NCBI GenBank assembly: GCA_001791995.1
Contig: MGFR01000001.1
Coordinates: 177,148 to 241,147 of the forward strand
DNA: 64,000 nt
Reading direction: 5' to 3'
Source of the DNA: Candidatus Woesebacteria bacterium RBG_13_46_13
Lineage (GTDB): Bacteria; Patescibacteriota; Microgenomatia; UBA8517
Positions 38,538 through 49,536 of the stretch are shown here, one piece after another (within the stretch, counting starts at the first letter, position 1; each line of letters opens with the position of its first letter). The notes under the pieces are model-generated. The model made no database searches. It was not told the DNA's origin and saw nothing but the letters and a program-made list of their open reading frames with translations. The position numbers were made by a program, and so were the translations under genes.

Positions 38538-39290
38538 ATGAAAAAAATCAAAAGAATATCGCCAAAAAGAAGCGGTAGGAGTTTTGGGAGCTTAACCGTA
38601 CGTCATCAGGGAGGACGGGCCAAGAGATTCTTAAGGGAAATTGATTTCAAAAGAGAAAAAGATGACGTTTGGGGAAGAGTCGAGTCGATAGAATACGATC
38701 CGAATAGAAGCGCCGAGATTGCTTTGGTGCTTTATGAAGACGGGGAAAGAAGGTATATTCTGGCACCTTTTGGACTTAGCGTTGGGCAAAAGATTATTGC
38801 TTCCGCCTCAGCCCCGATTGAGGCCGGAAACACCCTGCCTTTGGCCAAGATTCCGGTCGGAACCCAGATTCACAACATTGAAATCAAACCCGGTATGGGC
38901 GGACAAATGGTCAAATCCGCGGGTTCGGCTGCAATATTGCAGGGTAAAGAAGAGGATTGGGTTTTAGTCAGGCTTCCTTCCGGAGAGGTCAGAAGGTTTT
39001 TGCCCGGCTCTAAGGCTACGGTGGGACAAATTGGAAGGATCGAGGCAAAAACCGAAAGATTGGGGAAAGCCGGCCGAAAAAGGAATATGGGTATAAGGCC
39101 CACGGTCAGAGGAGTTGCCATGCACCCGCATGCCCACCCGCACGGAGGAGGAGAAGGACGAAGCTCGGTGGGGCTTAAATATCCCAAGACCGTTTACGGG
39201 CAACCTGCGGTCGGAAAAACCAGGAGAAAGCATAAATATTCGGATAAACTGATAATTACAGGAAGAAGAAAAGGAGCGCACACGGCGTAA
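38538..39290 (+). CDS. rplB: 50S ribosomal protein L2 (short N-terminus)
   Basis: [18 protein letters not shown] and HPHGGGEGR motifs. Confidence 0.98.
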   Translation: MKKIKRISPKRSGRSFGSLTVRHQGGRAKRFLREIDFKREKDDVWGRVESIEYDPNRSAEIALVLYEDGERRYILAPFGLSVGQKIIASASAPIEAGNTLPLAKIPVGTQIHNIEIKPGMGGQMVKSAGSAAILQGKEEDWVLVRLPSGEVRRFLPGSKATVGQIGRIEAKTERLGKAGRKRNMGIRPTVRGVAMHPHAHPHGGGEGRSSVGLKYPKTVYGQPAVGKTRRKHKYSDKLIITGRRKGAHTA

Positions 39291-39295
39291 TAATT

Positions 39296-39577
39296 ATGTC
39301 CAGATCGTCCAAAAAAGGTCCGTATGTCGATGAACGCCTGGTCAAAAAGGTGGTTTCCGGCATGGGTACAAAAGAAAATCCCATCAAGACCTGGTCTCGA
39401 GACAGCCAAATTCCTCCCGAATTTGTCTCCAAGTACTTCCAGGTCCATAACGGCAGAATTTTTATCGATGTTTTCGTAACCGAAGACATGGTTGGCCACA
39501 GACTTGGGGAATTTTCCCCCACCAGAACATTTAGGGGACACGGAGAAATAGTCAAGAGAATTTTGGAGAAAACTTAA
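39296..39577 (+). CDS. rpsS: 30S ribosomal protein S19
   Basis: KKGPYVD, KTWSR and [13 protein letters not shown] motifs. Confidence 0.98.
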   Translation: MSRSSKKGPYVDERLVKKVVSGMGTKENPIKTWSRDSQIPPEFVSKYFQVHNGRIFIDVFVTEDMVGHRLGEFSPTRTFRGHGEIVKRILEKT

Positions 39578-39969
39578 TGGAAATTATCGCAACACAGAAG
39601 TTTTTGACGATGTCGCCTCGGAAAATAAGGCCGGTTGTTGACGTGATTAAAAAGCTTAAGCCGACAGAAGCCGTAGAAAAACTTCCCTTTATGGCCAAAA
39701 GAGCCGCCGAACCCCTGGCAAAAGTCATTAAGCAGGCCATTGCTAACGCCAGGAGCCGGGGTTTATCCGATACCGAGCTGACCTTTAAAGAAATTCAAAT
39801 TGGAGAAGGCCCAAGGCTTAAAAGGGGCAGACCCGTCTCAAGAGGCCAGTGGCATCCGGTAAAAAAGAGGATGAGCCATATCAGGGTCGTCCTGGAGGCC
39901 AAAACAGCCCCCGAAAAACCAAAAGCCAAGAGTCAAAAGGTAAAGGAGGAACATGGGACAAAAGATTAA
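39577..39969 (+). CDS. rplV: 50S ribosomal protein L22
   Basis: SPRKIR, GPRLKR and KRMSHIRVV motifs. Confidence 0.97.
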   Translation: MEIIATQKFLTMSPRKIRPVVDVIKKLKPTEAVEKLPFMAKRAAEPLAKVIKQAIANARSRGLSDTELTFKEIQIGEGPRLKRGRPVSRGQWHPVKKRMSHIRVVLEAKTAPEKPKAKSQKVKEEHGTKD

Positions 39970-40606
39970 TCCGGTCGGCTTTAGGGTCGGAAACTTCCTA
40001 CCCTGGAAATCCAGGTGGTTTTCCGACAGCTCGAATTTTAAAGATTTCCTGATCGAGGACATCAAATTGAGAAAAGCCTTGATGGAAAAACTTAAGCTGG
40101 CTGGTATTACCGAGGTCAATATCGAAAGGCTTCCCAAGAGTATGTCGATAGGGCTTACTGTATCGCGTCCGGGAGTGGTTATCGGCCGTGGAGGCTCTGG
40201 TATCGAGGAGGTTAAAAATTTCATTCTCAAGATAATCTCTGAAGTAAGGAGAAAGACGATCAAGGATTTAAAGATTGATTTGAAAGTCAATGAGGTCAAA
40301 AATTCCGAGCTTTCGGCCCACCTGGTTGCCGGCAGAATCGCCGCGGAGCTGGAAAGACGAATTCCCCACCGCAGGGTGGTAACCAAGGCCATTGAGCGGG
40401 TTATGGCCTCGGGCGCCCTGGGGGTTAAAATTGTCTTAGGAGGCCGAATCAACGGCGCCGAAATTTCCAGGGTTGAAAAGTTCCAGAATGGCTCTGTCCC
40501 TACCCAAACCTTGAGGGAAAATATCGATTACGCCCAGTTGCCCGCACTCTTAAAAAGAGGTTATGTGGGGGTCAAGGTTTGGATACACAAGAAAGAGGAA
40601 GATTAA
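39953..40606 (+). CDS. rpsC: 30S ribosomal protein S3
   Basis: MGQKINPVGFR, RPGVVIGRGG and GRINGAEISR motifs. Confidence 0.98.
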   Translation: MGQKINPVGFRVGNFLPWKSRWFSDSSNFKDFLIEDIKLRKALMEKLKLAGITEVNIERLPKSMSIGLTVSRPGVVIGRGGSGIEEVKNFILKIISEVRRKTIKDLKIDLKVNEVKNSELSAHLVAGRIAAELERRIPHRRVVTKAIERVMASGALGVKIVLGGRINGAEISRVEKFQNGSVPTQTLRENIDYAQLPALLKRGYVGVKVWIHKKEED

Positions 40607-41020
40607 ATGTTGCAGCCGAAAAGACGAAAATACATCAAAGATTTCAGGGGCAGAAGGCGGGGAGTGGCTACCCGCGGAGCCACGCTTTCTTTTGGGGAGT
40701 ATGGCCTCAAGTCTTTGGGGACGGCCTGGGTTGCCGCCAACCAAATTGAAGCCGCAAGGCGTACAATTACCCATAACCTCAAAAAGGGAGGAAGAGTCTG
40801 GGTCAGAATTTTCCCAGATAAGCCGATTACCTCCCGGCCGGCGGGAAAGCGTATGGGCGGAGGTAAGGGAGATATTGCCAAATATGTGGTCGTGGTTAAG
40901 CCGGGCAGAATCCTATTCGAGGTTGCCGGAGCAGCCAAAGAATATGTCTTGGATGGTTTTGCCAAGGCAGCTGCCAAATTGCCGGTAAAAACCAGAGTAG
41001 TCAGTAAGGAAGAATTATGA
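40607..41020 (+). CDS. rplP: 50S ribosomal protein L16
   Basis: MLQPKR, QIEAAR, RIFPDKPIT and RMGGGKG motifs. Confidence 0.98.
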   Translation: MLQPKRRKYIKDFRGRRRGVATRGATLSFGEYGLKSLGTAWVAANQIEAARRTITHNLKKGGRVWVRIFPDKPITSRPAGKRMGGGKGDIAKYVVVVKPGRILFEVAGAAKEYVLDGFAKAAAKLPVKTRVVSKEEL

Positions 41021-41253
41021 AAAGAAAAGATTTTGTGGAGTTAAAATCGAAAGAGACCAGCGAGCTTAAAAAGCTGCTCAAAGAGAAGAAGCTGGAATTG
41101 GTCAAAATTTATCCGGAGATTGCCATGGGGCGGGAGAAGAATACCAAAAAGGCTGGCCTTTTGAAGAAAGATATTGCCCGGATTGCGACCCTGATTAACG
41201 AAAAAGAAATAGTCAAAAAAGAGGAGGTTAAAGATGAAAATATTCAAAGGTAA
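41017..41253 (+). CDS. rpmC: 50S ribosomal protein L29
   Basis: Lies between rplP and rpsQ; KKDIARIAT motif. Confidence 0.9.
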   Translation: MKRKDFVELKSKETSELKKLLKEKKLELVKIYPEIAMGREKNTKKAGLLKKDIARIATLINEKEIVKKEEVKDENIQR

Positions 41254-41479
41254 AGTGATCTCGACGAAGATGGCCAAAACCGCGACGGTTGCGGTTGAGC
41301 GGATCGTGGTCCACCCGATCTACAAAAAGAGGTTTAAAAGGATTAGGAAGTATCACGTCCATGACGAGATTGGGGTTAAGGTTGGGGACGAAGTCAAATT
41401 TATTGCGACCAAACCGGTGAGTAAACTCAAGAAATGGAAAATTATTAGGGAGTCTGACAAAAAGGAGAAAGCAAAATGA
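41234..41479 (+). CDS. rpsQ: 30S ribosomal protein S17
   Basis: KMAKTATV, HPIYKK and PVSKLKKW motifs. Confidence 0.97.
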   Translation: MKIFKGKVISTKMAKTATVAVERIVVHPIYKKRFKRIRKYHVHDEIGVKVGDEVKFIATKPVSKLKKWKIIRESDKKEKAK

Positions 41480-41841
41480 TACAGCTCAGATCAATTTTAA
41501 AGCCTGCCGATAATTCCGGAGCCAAGAGGCTGATGACCATCGGCATTTCGGCCAAAATCGGCAAAAAAGCCGGCTTGGGGGATGTGGTTTTGTGTGTGGT
41601 CAAAGGAGCAGACCCTGCGGGAACCGTAATTGACCACGAAAAAGTCAGGGTTTTGATAGTCAGAACCAGGAAGGAAACCAAGCGCCAGGACGGCAGTTAT
41701 GTCCGCTTCGACGACAATGCGGGAGTAGTCATCGACAAAATGGGGCTCCCCCGCGGTACCAGAATATTAGGTCCCATCGCCAGAGAGGTTAAGGAAGCCG
41801 GTTACAACAAAATCTCATCTTTGGCCAGAGAGGTGGTTTAA
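41476..41841 (+). CDS. rplN: 50S ribosomal protein L14
   Basis: ADNSGAK, RFDDNA and GTRILGPIARE motifs. Confidence 0.98.
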   Translation: MIQLRSILKPADNSGAKRLMTIGISAKIGKKAGLGDVVLCVVKGADPAGTVIDHEKVRVLIVRTRKETKRQDGSYVRFDDNAGVVIDKMGLPRGTRILGPIAREVKEAGYNKISSLAREVV

Positions 41842-41850
41842 AGGATAAAA

Positions 41851-42177
41851 ATGCAAAAATCAAAATTTAAAGCAGGAGATATGGTCAGAATTACCCTAGG
41901 CAAGGATAAAGGCCGCGAAGCCAAAATCGAAACCATAGATTCGAAAAAACACCTGGCTATCGTTCCTGGGGTAAATATTTATAAAAGACACGTCAAGGGG
42001 GGTAGGGAAAAAGGACAGAAGGGCGGCATTTATGAGCTACCCCGTCCTTTGGCTTTCTCAAAGATTGCGCTTGTCTGTCCCAAATGCAAAAAACCCACCA
42101 GGGTAGGCTTTAGAGTGATGGAAAAAGAAAAAGTCAGAATCTGCAGAAAATGCGGAAAGGAGATTGACACCAAATGA
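41851..42177 (+). CDS. rplX: 50S ribosomal protein L24
   Basis: GKDKG KOW motif, GVNIYKRH, CPKC...CRKC. Confidence 0.97.
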   Translation: MQKSKFKAGDMVRITLGKDKGREAKIETIDSKKHLAIVPGVNIYKRHVKGGREKGQKGGIYELPRPLAFSKIALVCPKCKKPTRVGFRVMEKEKVRICRKCGKEIDTK

Positions 42178-42716
42178 GCCGCTTAAAAGAAAAATATCAA
42201 AAAGAAGTTATGCCTGTCTTAACCAAAGAGTTTGAGATAAAAAACTCTCTCGAGGTGCCCAGGGTTGAAAAAATTGTGGTCAATACGGGACTGGGAGAGA
42301 TGATTAAGGATAAAAACCTTAAAGACATTGTATCGAAGGAATTGGCCGCAATTACCGGACAGATTCCCTCGGTTAAAGTGGCCAAGGTTTCCATTGCCGC
42401 CTTTGGCTTAAGGGCCGGGATGCCGGTAGGGTTGACCGTGACCTTAAGAGGCGAGAAAATGTACGATTTTTTGGATAAATTGGTTTCCATTACCCTGCCC
42501 CGCTTGAGGGATTTCAGGGGAGTACCGCTTAAGAGTTTTGACGTCAGAGGCAACTATACTTTGGGTATTGTGGAGCATACGGTTTTTCCGGAGATAGATT
42601 TAAGCAAGGGAGTAACGCCCCGGGGAATGGAAGTTTCGATTGTCACCAATGCGGGTACCCCGGAAAGGGCCAAAAGACTATTGGAACTATTGGGTATGCC
42701 GTTTGAGAAACAATAA
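42174..42716 (+). CDS. rplE: 50S ribosomal protein L5
   Basis: [20 protein letters not shown] and FPEID motifs. Confidence 0.98.
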   Translation: MSRLKEKYQKEVMPVLTKEFEIKNSLEVPRVEKIVVNTGLGEMIKDKNLKDIVSKELAAITGQIPSVKVAKVSIAAFGLRAGMPVGLTVTLRGEKMYDFLDKLVSITLPRLRDFRGVPLKSFDVRGNYTLGIVEHTVFPEIDLSKGVTPRGMEVSIVTNAGTPERAKRLLELLGMPFEKQ

Positions 42717-42718
42717 CT

Positions 42719-42904
42719 ATGTCAACAACAGCCAAGGAAGTCAGAGAAGGTAAGAAATTAAGGTTTAAGGGTCGCTACCACAACCGCTGCAGAATCTGTG
42801 GCAGGAGCAGGGGATATATGAGAAAATTCGGTCTTTGCAGGCTTTGTTTCAGGGAGCATGCCTTAAAAGGCGAGATTCCCGGTGTTAGAAAGGCCAGTTG
42901 GTAA
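42719..42904 (+). CDS. rpsN: 30S ribosomal protein S14, zinc-binding type Z
   Basis: RCRICGR...GLCRLCFRE; 61 aa. Confidence 0.97.
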   Translation: MSTTAKEVREGKKLRFKGRYHNRCRICGRSRGYMRKFGLCRLCFREHALKGEIPGVRKASW

Positions 42905-42911
42905 ATTCGTT

Positions 42912-43289
42912 ATGACAAATTATCCCATAGGAGATTTTTTAACCAGGATCAGAAATGCCGCTTTAGCCCGCAGGCACGAGGTGGTTGTGGACAGCACCAA
43001 TCTGATCAGGTTATCCGCTAAGGCACTCGAACGGGCCGGTTTTGTCCAGGACGTTAAAGAGGCCAAGGGTAAACTTTCCTTGGCGATATGCTACCGCAGA
43101 AAAAAACCCATTATGTTGGGAATTAAGCTTATCTCCAAGCCGGGCTTAAGGATTTATGCCAGCGCGGATGATATCGAGGCCAGAAGAGGTCCGGAGACTC
43201 TGTTGATTTCTACACCCAAAGGAGTGTTGGTTTCAAAAGAGGCAATCAAACAAAGGACGGGCGGAGAAGTTTTGGCCAAAATTTGGTAG
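42912..43289 (+). CDS. rpsH: 30S ribosomal protein S8
   Basis: PIGDFLTRIRNA, SKPGLRIY, STPKG and GGEVL motifs; ATG at 42912. Confidence 0.97.
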   Translation: MTNYPIGDFLTRIRNAALARRHEVVVDSTNLIRLSAKALERAGFVQDVKEAKGKLSLAICYRRKKPIMLGIKLISKPGLRIYASADDIEARRGPETLLISTPKGVLVSKEAIKQRTGGEVLAKIW

Positions 43290-43299
43290 AAAGATATTT

Positions 43300-43851
43300 A
43301 TGAGCAGAATAGGAAAATTACCGATTATCTTACCCCAAGGAGTTACCCTTGAGGTGGCCGGCCGTGAAGTTAAAGTTGTGGGTCCAAAAGGAAGCCTGGT
43401 ACGCAGACTCGCCCACGGGATTTCCGTTGAGGTAAAAGACGGAGTAGTCCAGGTGCAAAGTACGGGCAAGACCAAACAGGATAAGTCGAATTTCGGCTCA
43501 AGCCGAGCCCATATTGCCAATATGGCCAAGGGCGTTTCCGAAGGCTGGAAGAAGGTTTTGGAATTGGTTGGCACCGGCTACCGCGCAGAGGCAACGGGCA
43601 ATAGCCTGACTCTGACAATCGGCTATTCCCATCCGGTCAAAGTCGAAGGCTCTGACAATATCAGTTTTAAGGTCGAAAAGTCGATAATCACAATTGAGGG
43701 AATTGATAAAGAAGAGGTCGGAGAGGTTGCCGCCAAAGTCAGAGCGGTACGCCCCCCTGAACCCTACAAAGGCAAGGGTATCAAATATCTAGATGAAGTA
43801 ATCAGAAGAAAGGCGGGTAAAGCAGCCAAGACCGTGGGGGCTCCGGCTTAA
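43300..43851 (+). CDS. rplF: 50S ribosomal protein L6
   Basis: MSRIGKLPI and RPPEPYKGKGI motifs. Confidence 0.98.
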   Translation: MSRIGKLPIILPQGVTLEVAGREVKVVGPKGSLVRRLAHGISVEVKDGVVQVQSTGKTKQDKSNFGSSRAHIANMAKGVSEGWKKVLELVGTGYRAEATGNSLTLTIGYSHPVKVEGSDNISFKVEKSIITIEGIDKEEVGEVAAKVRAVRPPEPYKGKGIKYLDEVIRRKAGKAAKTVGAPA

Positions 43852-43862
43852 TTTATTAAAAA

Positions 43863-44216
43863 ATGGCTAACTTTAAAGCAAAAAGGTTTTTAAAAAGAAA
43901 ACTGCGGGTTAAAATGAAGGTTAGGGGGGATGCCTCCCGACCCAGACTTTCGGTTTTTAGATCGAATAAGAATATTTACGCCCAAATCATAGATGACGCG
44001 GCGGGGAAGACCCTGGTTTCCGCAAAAAACAGGGAGAAAGAGATTGCTAAGATTAAATCCAAAATGGAGGCTGCGAGTGCCGTGGGAGAAGCAATTGCGG
44101 TCAGGGCTTTGAAGGCAAAAATCAAAAAAGTGGTTTTTGATAAGGGCGGTTTTAAATATCACGGCCGTGTAAAAGCTCTGGCCGAGGGAGCCAGAAAGGG
44201 AGGACTTGAATTCTAA
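43863..44216 (+). CDS. rplR: 50S ribosomal protein L18
   Basis: [16 protein letters not shown] and [13 protein letters not shown] motifs. Confidence 0.98.
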   Translation: MANFKAKRFLKRKLRVKMKVRGDASRPRLSVFRSNKNIYAQIIDDAAGKTLVSAKNREKEIAKIKSKMEAASAVGEAIAVRALKAKIKKVVFDKGGFKYHGRVKALAEGARKGGLEF

Positions 44217-44689
44217 TGGGATATTACAATCCGGAGGTTAAAGAGTTTGAGGAAACGGTTGTCCAAATCAACAGGATTTCCAAGAAAACCAAAGGCGGAA
44301 ACCAAATCAGATTTTCTGCTCTGGTGGTTGTTGGGGACAAAAAAGGCAAAGTCGGCGTCGGCCTTTCAAAAGCGGGCGATGTCAGAAGCGCCATCAAAAA
44401 AGCGGTAGCGGCAGCCAAAAGAAGAATGGTGGTAATACCTTTAAGTGGAACTACAGTACCCTACTCCGTCAGGGAGAAGTTTTCCGCAGCCAAAGTTTTG
44501 ATCAGGCCTGCTCCTCCGGGCTCGGGTATTATTGCCGGGGGTCCCATTAGGGTAGTCATGGAAGCGGCCGGTATCAGGGACGCATCCGGGAAAATCTTGG
44601 GCACGAAAAATAAAATTTCAAATGTTTACGCAACCCTAAAGGCGCTTGAGACTATTTCGGAAATTTCCAAAAGAAGGGAGAAAGAATAA
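44216..44689 (+). CDS. rpsE: 30S ribosomal protein S5
   Basis: KKTKGG, FSALVVVGD and PAPPGSGIIAGG motifs. Confidence 0.98.
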   Translation: MGYYNPEVKEFEETVVQINRISKKTKGGNQIRFSALVVVGDKKGKVGVGLSKAGDVRSAIKKAVAAAKRRMVVIPLSGTTVPYSVREKFSAAKVLIRPAPPGSGIIAGGPIRVVMEAAGIRDASGKILGTKNKISNVYATLKALETISEISKRREKE

Positions 44690-45129
44690 TGAGCACTCAA
44701 TTACCAAAACTGGTTACACGAAGGTCAAAAAGGGTAGGCCGCGGTTACGGAAGCGGCAAAGGGGGCCATACCGTCGGACGCGGGCAAAAGGGTCAGAAGA
44801 CCAGGGCCCACATCGGGATTCTTTTTGAGGGAATAAAGGTCAAGAAATCTTTGATTAAAAAGCTGCCTCTGCAGCGGGGAAAAGATAAATTCAGAGCGCA
44901 TCCCAAACCCATCGTGGTCAAGCTTTTCCTTCTGGATCTGTTGCCGGCCAAATCCACGGTTGATATCGCCCTACTGGCCAAGGAAGGAATTGTAGACGCC
45001 AGGGATGCGGCAGAAATCGGAGTAAAGATATTAGGAAACGGCGAGGTCAAGAAAGCCTTTACCATCAAAGTTCCAATTTCGAAATCAGCCGCCAAAAAGA
45101 TAGAGAAAGCCGGCGGAACTATTGCTTAA
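44689..45129 (+). CDS. rplO: 50S ribosomal protein L15
   Basis: [18 protein letters not shown] and KILGNG motifs. Confidence 0.97.
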   Translation: MSTQLPKLVTRRSKRVGRGYGSGKGGHTVGRGQKGQKTRAHIGILFEGIKVKKSLIKKLPLQRGKDKFRAHPKPIVVKLFLLDLLPAKSTVDIALLAKEGIVDARDAAEIGVKILGNGEVKKAFTIKVPISKSAAKKIEKAGGTIA

Positions 45130-46415
45130 TGTTTAATTCGATTGCCCGCTTTTTTGTCAAGGTCGTAAAGTCGCCAGACATAAGGAAAAAACTTCTTATA
45201 ACGGCACTTATCCTTTTTGTCTTTAGGCTGGTGGCCCATATTCCCGCAGCCGGTATCGACAGAGCCAGTCTGCAGGCATTATTTTTGGGCAGTCCGCTTT
45301 TATCCCTTCTGGATGTTTTCTCCGGCGGAACCCTGGCCAACTTTTCCATAATGGCTCTGGGGCTTAACCCTTATATCAACGCCTCGATTATTCTTCAGCT
45401 TTTAACCTATGTTGTACCAAGCCTGGAGGAGCTTTCAAAGGAAGGCGAGTACGGTCAGGAAAAAATTAATCAATACACCAGATTTTTGACAGTGCCCCTG
45501 GCCGCTGTTCAGGCTTTTGGTATGTATTCACTATTGCATTCACAAGGAATAATCTCGGTTATCTCTCCCCTGGCTTTAATTTCGCTGGTCTTAACCATGA
45601 CGGCGGGAACGATCTTTGCGGTCTGGCTGGGGGAGCTGATCACCGAATACGGATTTTCAAACGGAATATCGCTTCTGATCTTCGCCGGGATAGTGGCACG
45701 GCTTCCGATCACCTTTTTCCAATCGGCAACAACAATTCAGACCCAGGATTTACTTAAAACTGGAGCCTTCGCGATAATCGCGGCGGTGATTGTGGGGCTT
45801 ATTGTCTTCATGAACGAAGCGGTCAGGCAGATTCCGATAAGCTACGCCAGACGTGGAGGGAAAGTCAGTCCTGGCTTTTCTTCTTACCTTCCGCTGCGGC
45901 TTAATCAGGCGGGGGTTATCCCTATCATCTTTGCCGTATCTTTAGTTCTGGCCCCGACCATGATTTCCCAGTTTTTATCGGGAGTAACCAATCCCCAGGT
46001 CGCAAGTTTCGTAAATTTCTTAACAACCGCTTTTAATCCCAAATCGGCCATCTATAACGCTACCTACTTCTTTTTGGTGGTAGGCTTTACCTTTTTCTAT
46101 ACCGCGGTGGTTTTTAATCCCCAAAAGATTTCCGAAAATCTCCAGAAAAACGGGGGATTTGTACCGGGGATTAGGCCTGGGGCCCAGACCGCCAAGTATT
46201 TGTCCTTTGTCTTAAACAGAATTACCCTAATCGGGGCAGTGTTTTTGGGACTGATCGCCATTCTGCCTTCGCTTTTCCAGAACGTCATCGGCGTTGCCAA
46301 TTTGGCCATTGGCGGAACCGGAATCTTAATCGTTGTCTCGGTGGTTTTGGAGATTACGCGCGAACTTGAAAGCCAACTGGTGATGAGAAGATACGAAGGG
46401 TTTTTGGAAAGATGA
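45129..46415 (+). CDS. secY: Preprotein translocase SecY
   Basis: [29 protein letters not shown] and GGTGILIVV motifs. Confidence 0.99.
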   Translation: MFNSIARFFVKVVKSPDIRKKLLITALILFVFRLVAHIPAAGIDRASLQALFLGSPLLSLLDVFSGGTLANFSIMALGLNPYINASIILQLLTYVVPSLEELSKEGEYGQEKINQYTRFLTVPLAAVQAFGMYSLLHSQGIISVISPLALISLVLTMTAGTIFAVWLGELITEYGFSNGISLLIFAGIVARLPITFFQSATTIQTQDLLKTGAFAIIAAVIVGLIVFMNEAVRQIPISYARRGGKVSPGFSSYLPLRLNQAGVIPIIFAVSLVLAPTMISQFLSGVTNPQVASFVNFLTTAFNPKSAIYNATYFFLVVGFTFFYTAVVFNPQKISENLQKNGGFVPGIRPGAQTAKYLSFVLNRITLIGAVFLGLIAILPSLFQNVIGVANLAIGGTGILIVVSVVLEITRELESQLVMRRYEGFLER

Positions 46416-47038
46416 ATATAATTCTTTTGGGACCACAGGGATCGGGCAAGGGAACGCAGGCACGTCTTTTGACCGAAAAATTGGGCCTTTTTTATATTGA
46501 GAGCGGAGACCTTTTAAGGGCAGCCGCAAAAGATGACCCCAGGATTGACGAAATTATCAACAAACAGGGCCAGCTATTGCCCGATGCGGAAACATTTTCC
46601 ATAGTTACCGATTACATCAATAGCAACAAACCGGAGGCAAAGAACCTACTTTTCGACGGATACCCCCGGACCATCAAACAATATGAGCTTTTGCAAAAAT
46701 GGCTTGGAGAAAAAGGAAGTAAGATCGACTGTGGGTTTTATTTAAATATTAGCGATGAGGAGGCGGTAAGGAGACTTTCGGCCAGAAGAATGGATCCCTC
46801 ATCCGGAAAAATTTATAACCTGATTACGGACCCGCCTGGGTCGGAAGTAAACATGGATTCACTGATTCAGAGGCCTGATGATCGGCCCGATGCAATTAAA
46901 AAACGTCTGGGTTGGTTTAAAACCACGGTAGCTCCGATGATTGAGCTTATCAGGAAAGATATTCCGTTTTATGAAGTAGACGGAGCAAGACCGATTCAGG
47001 TTATCTTCGCTGATATTCTGCAGAAGTTGGAAAAATAA
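46412..47038 (+). CDS. adk: Adenylate kinase
   Basis: [15 protein letters not shown] and QRPDD motifs. Confidence 0.95.
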   Translation: MNIILLGPQGSGKGTQARLLTEKLGLFYIESGDLLRAAAKDDPRIDEIINKQGQLLPDAETFSIVTDYINSNKPEAKNLLFDGYPRTIKQYELLQKWLGEKGSKIDCGFYLNISDEEAVRRLSARRMDPSSGKIYNLITDPPGSEVNMDSLIQRPDDRPDAIKKRLGWFKTTVAPMIELIRKDIPFYEVDGARPIQVIFADILQKLEK

Positions 47039-47039
47039 A

Positions 47040-47798
47040 ATGACGGATATTTCGCTAAAAACCAAAGAAGAAGTCGCCATCATGCAAGAGGGTGGAGTCC
47101 TTTTGGGGAAAGTGAAAGCTGCTCTCAAAGAAAAGGTCCAAGAAGGAGTAAATGCCTCCGAAGTGGAAGATTTGGCGGTAGAGCTGATTAAGAAATCAGG
47201 TGGCGAGGCTTCTTTCAAGATGGTTCCTGGCTATTCGTGGGCAACCTGCATCAACATTAATGAAGGGCTTGTTCACGGAATTCCCAAAGAAAGCGTGGTT
47301 TTTAAAAAGGGCGACGTGGTGAGTGTGGATGTTGGCCTTTATTACAAAGGTTTCCATACGGACACCTCTTTTACCAAGGCGATAGAGCCGGATAGTATGA
47401 CCAAGAAGTTTTTGCAGGCAGGCCAGGAGGCCTTGGAAAAAGCTATTGAGGCAGTATCTCCGGGAAAAAGGATTTACGATATTTCCCTAGCCATCCAGGA
47501 GACGATCGAAAAAGCAGGCCATTCCCCGATTAGAGTGCTGACCGGCCACGGAGTGGGCCGAGAGCTACATGAAGAACCCAAAATTACCTGTTTTGCGTCT
47601 GGGGACAGAGCCAAAAGTCCGGAAATAACCGAAGGAATGGTTTTGGCGATTGAAGTGATGTATTGCCTGGGTAGCCCCCAGGTAGAAATTTCCAAAGACG
47701 GATGGACAATTTCCATGCGTGATGGTAAAATATCAGCGCTTTTCGAGGAGACCGTGGCGGTTACTTCGCGCGGTCCCCTTGTTTTGACGGAAGGATAA
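47040..47798 (+). CDS. map: Methionine aminopeptidase type I
   Basis: NEGLVHGIP, DVG...HTD, GHGVGRELHEEP and LAIEVM motifs. Confidence 0.97.
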   Translation: MTDISLKTKEEVAIMQEGGVLLGKVKAALKEKVQEGVNASEVEDLAVELIKKSGGEASFKMVPGYSWATCININEGLVHGIPKESVVFKKGDVVSVDVGLYYKGFHTDTSFTKAIEPDSMTKKFLQAGQEALEKAIEAVSPGKRIYDISLAIQETIEKAGHSPIRVLTGHGVGRELHEEPKITCFASGDRAKSPEITEGMVLAIEVMYCLGSPQVEISKDGWTISMRDGKISALFEETVAVTSRGPLVLTEG

Positions 47799-47801
47799 TC
47801 T

Positions 47802-48017
47802 ATGGATAGGAACGAAATTACCGAGGTCGATGGGGTGGTTACACAAGCTTTACCGAATACGATGTTTAGGGTCGACCTGGTCGACGGCAGGACGGTTCTG
47901 GCAACGCTTAAGGGCAAACTCAGAAGGCACTTTATCCGCATTTTCCCCGGGGATAAGGTCAAGGTCGAAATGACTGCCTACGACGAAGAGCGGGGAAGAA
48001 TCGTTTATAAGTATTAA
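47802..48017 (+). CDS. infA: Translation initiation factor IF-1
   Basis: [17 protein letters not shown] and GRIVY motifs. Confidence 0.97.
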   Translation: MDRNEITEVDGVVTQALPNTMFRVDLVDGRTVLATLKGKLRRHFIRIFPGDKVKVEMTAYDEERGRIVYKY

Positions 48018-48022
48018 AAACC

Positions 48023-48136
48023 ATGAAAGTTCAATCATCGCTACAAAAACGCTGTAAGGATTGCAAAATAGTTAAACGTAACGGGATTTTGTATGTAATC
48101 TGCAAAAATCCCCGCCACAAGCAAAGGCAAGGTTAA
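48023..48136 (+). CDS. rpmJ: 50S ribosomal protein L36 (absent from the ORF track)
   Basis: Translated by hand: [37 protein letters not shown]. Confidence 0.97.
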   Translation: MKVQSSLQKRCKDCKIVKRNGILYVICKNPRHKQRQG

Positions 48137-48139
48137 TTT

Positions 48140-48553
48140 ATGGCAAGAATTTCTGGAATAGAACTAAACGACAACTGGAAAGTAGACTTCGCCCTGACAA
48201 GGATCAGGGGGCTGGGTTGGCCGTCGGTCAGAACTATTTTGGATTCTTTAAAGATCGACTCCGCCAAAAGGGTTTCCGATCTCACCCCGGAGGAAATTGC
48301 AAAAATTTCCGGCAAACTGGAAGACTATACTACCGAGGGGGAATTGGCACGGGCAGTCAGGGGAAATATTTCCCGCCTGCAGGCAATAGGTTCCTATAGA
48401 GGCTCTAGGCATTCGCGAAATCTGCCGGCCAGAGGACAAAGGACCAGGACCAATGCCAGAACCAAAAGAGGCAAAAGAAAAACAGTAGGCGCCTTCAAGA
48501 AAGAAATACTTTCGGCCCAAAAGACAGCCAAGACCGAGGAGGAGAAGAAATAA
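48140..48553 (+). CDS. rpsM: 30S ribosomal protein S13
   Basis: MARISG, IGSYRGSRH and RGQRTRTNARTKRG motifs. Confidence 0.98.
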   Translation: MARISGIELNDNWKVDFALTRIRGLGWPSVRTILDSLKIDSAKRVSDLTPEEIAKISGKLEDYTTEGELARAVRGNISRLQAIGSYRGSRHSRNLPARGQRTRTNARTKRGKRKTVGAFKKEILSAQKTAKTEEEKK

Positions 48554-48554
48554 T

Positions 48555-48920
48555 ATGGCAGCCAAAAGACAAGCCGAGGCCGGCAAAGTTTTCATTTCGG
48601 CTTCGTTTAATAACACTCTCATAACGGTCACCGATGAAAAAGGGGCGGTAATTGCCTGGGGTTCATCCGGAGCCGCCGGATTTAAAGGTACCCGTAAGGC
48701 CACTCCCTATGCGGCCACCTTGGCTGTAGAAAAGGTAATCAAAAAAGCCAAGGACGATAATGGCTTGGGAGAGGTTGAAATCTATGTTAAAGGTCCCGGT
48801 CCGGGCAGAGACGCAGCCTTACGCGCGGTGAGAGCCGCCGGGGTTAAAATCTCTCTCATCGCAGACGTTACGCCCATGCCCCACAACGGCCCCAGGCCCA
48901 AAAAGAAAAGGAGAGTCTAA
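48555..48920 (+). CDS. rpsK: 30S ribosomal protein S11
   Basis: SFNNT, RKATPYAA and DVTPMPHNG motifs. Confidence 0.98.
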   Translation: MAAKRQAEAGKVFISASFNNTLITVTDEKGAVIAWGSSGAAGFKGTRKATPYAATLAVEKVIKKAKDDNGLGEVEIYVKGPGPGRDAALRAVRAAGVKISLIADVTPMPHNGPRPKKKRRV

Positions 48921-49520
48921 ATGGCACGCTATACAGGACCAAAAGACAGATTATCCAGAAGAGAGGGGTTTGACCTTTTCGGTGCGGGTGCTAAACTTAC
49001 ACGCCTAACAGTTCCGCCGGGGATGCACGGACCCAAGGGTTCCAGAATGCCTTCGCAGTACGGAAGGCAGTTAAGGGAGAAACAAAAAGTCAAAAGACTT
49101 TACGGGGTCTTGGAGAAACAATTCAGGAATTACATTGCTGAGGCTTTAAAGACCAAGGGAAATACGGCGGAGATGCTCCTTTCGCTTTTGGAAAGACGAC
49201 TGGACAATGTAGTTTTCAGGTTGGGATTTGCCCCAACCAGGGCATCGGCCAGACAATTGGTTTCCCATAGGCACGTCTTGGTTAACGGCAAAAGGGTAAA
49301 TTTCCCTTCCTATCAGGTCGGACCCGGAGAAACAATTTCCCTAACCGCCAAGGGAATGGATGTCCCGGCAATCAAGCAAAAGCTGGCCGAGGAAAAATAC
49401 AAAGCACCCGAATGGCTGAAAAGAAAAGCCGCAGTCGGGCTTATCGAAAGAGAGCCGAGGGTGGAAGATTTGACAGAACCTATTTCAGTGCAGGATATTA
49501 TTGAATTCTATTCAAGGTAA
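48921..49520 (+). CDS. rpsD: 30S ribosomal protein S4
   Basis: MARYTGP, QLREKQK and LERRLDNVVFRLG motifs. Confidence 0.98.
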   Translation: MARYTGPKDRLSRREGFDLFGAGAKLTRLTVPPGMHGPKGSRMPSQYGRQLREKQKVKRLYGVLEKQFRNYIAEALKTKGNTAEMLLSLLERRLDNVVFRLGFAPTRASARQLVSHRHVLVNGKRVNFPSYQVGPGETISLTAKGMDVPAIKQKLAEEKYKAPEWLKRKAAVGLIEREPRVEDLTEPISVQDIIEFYSR

Positions 49521-49536
49521 GAAGGAGGTGATATTA

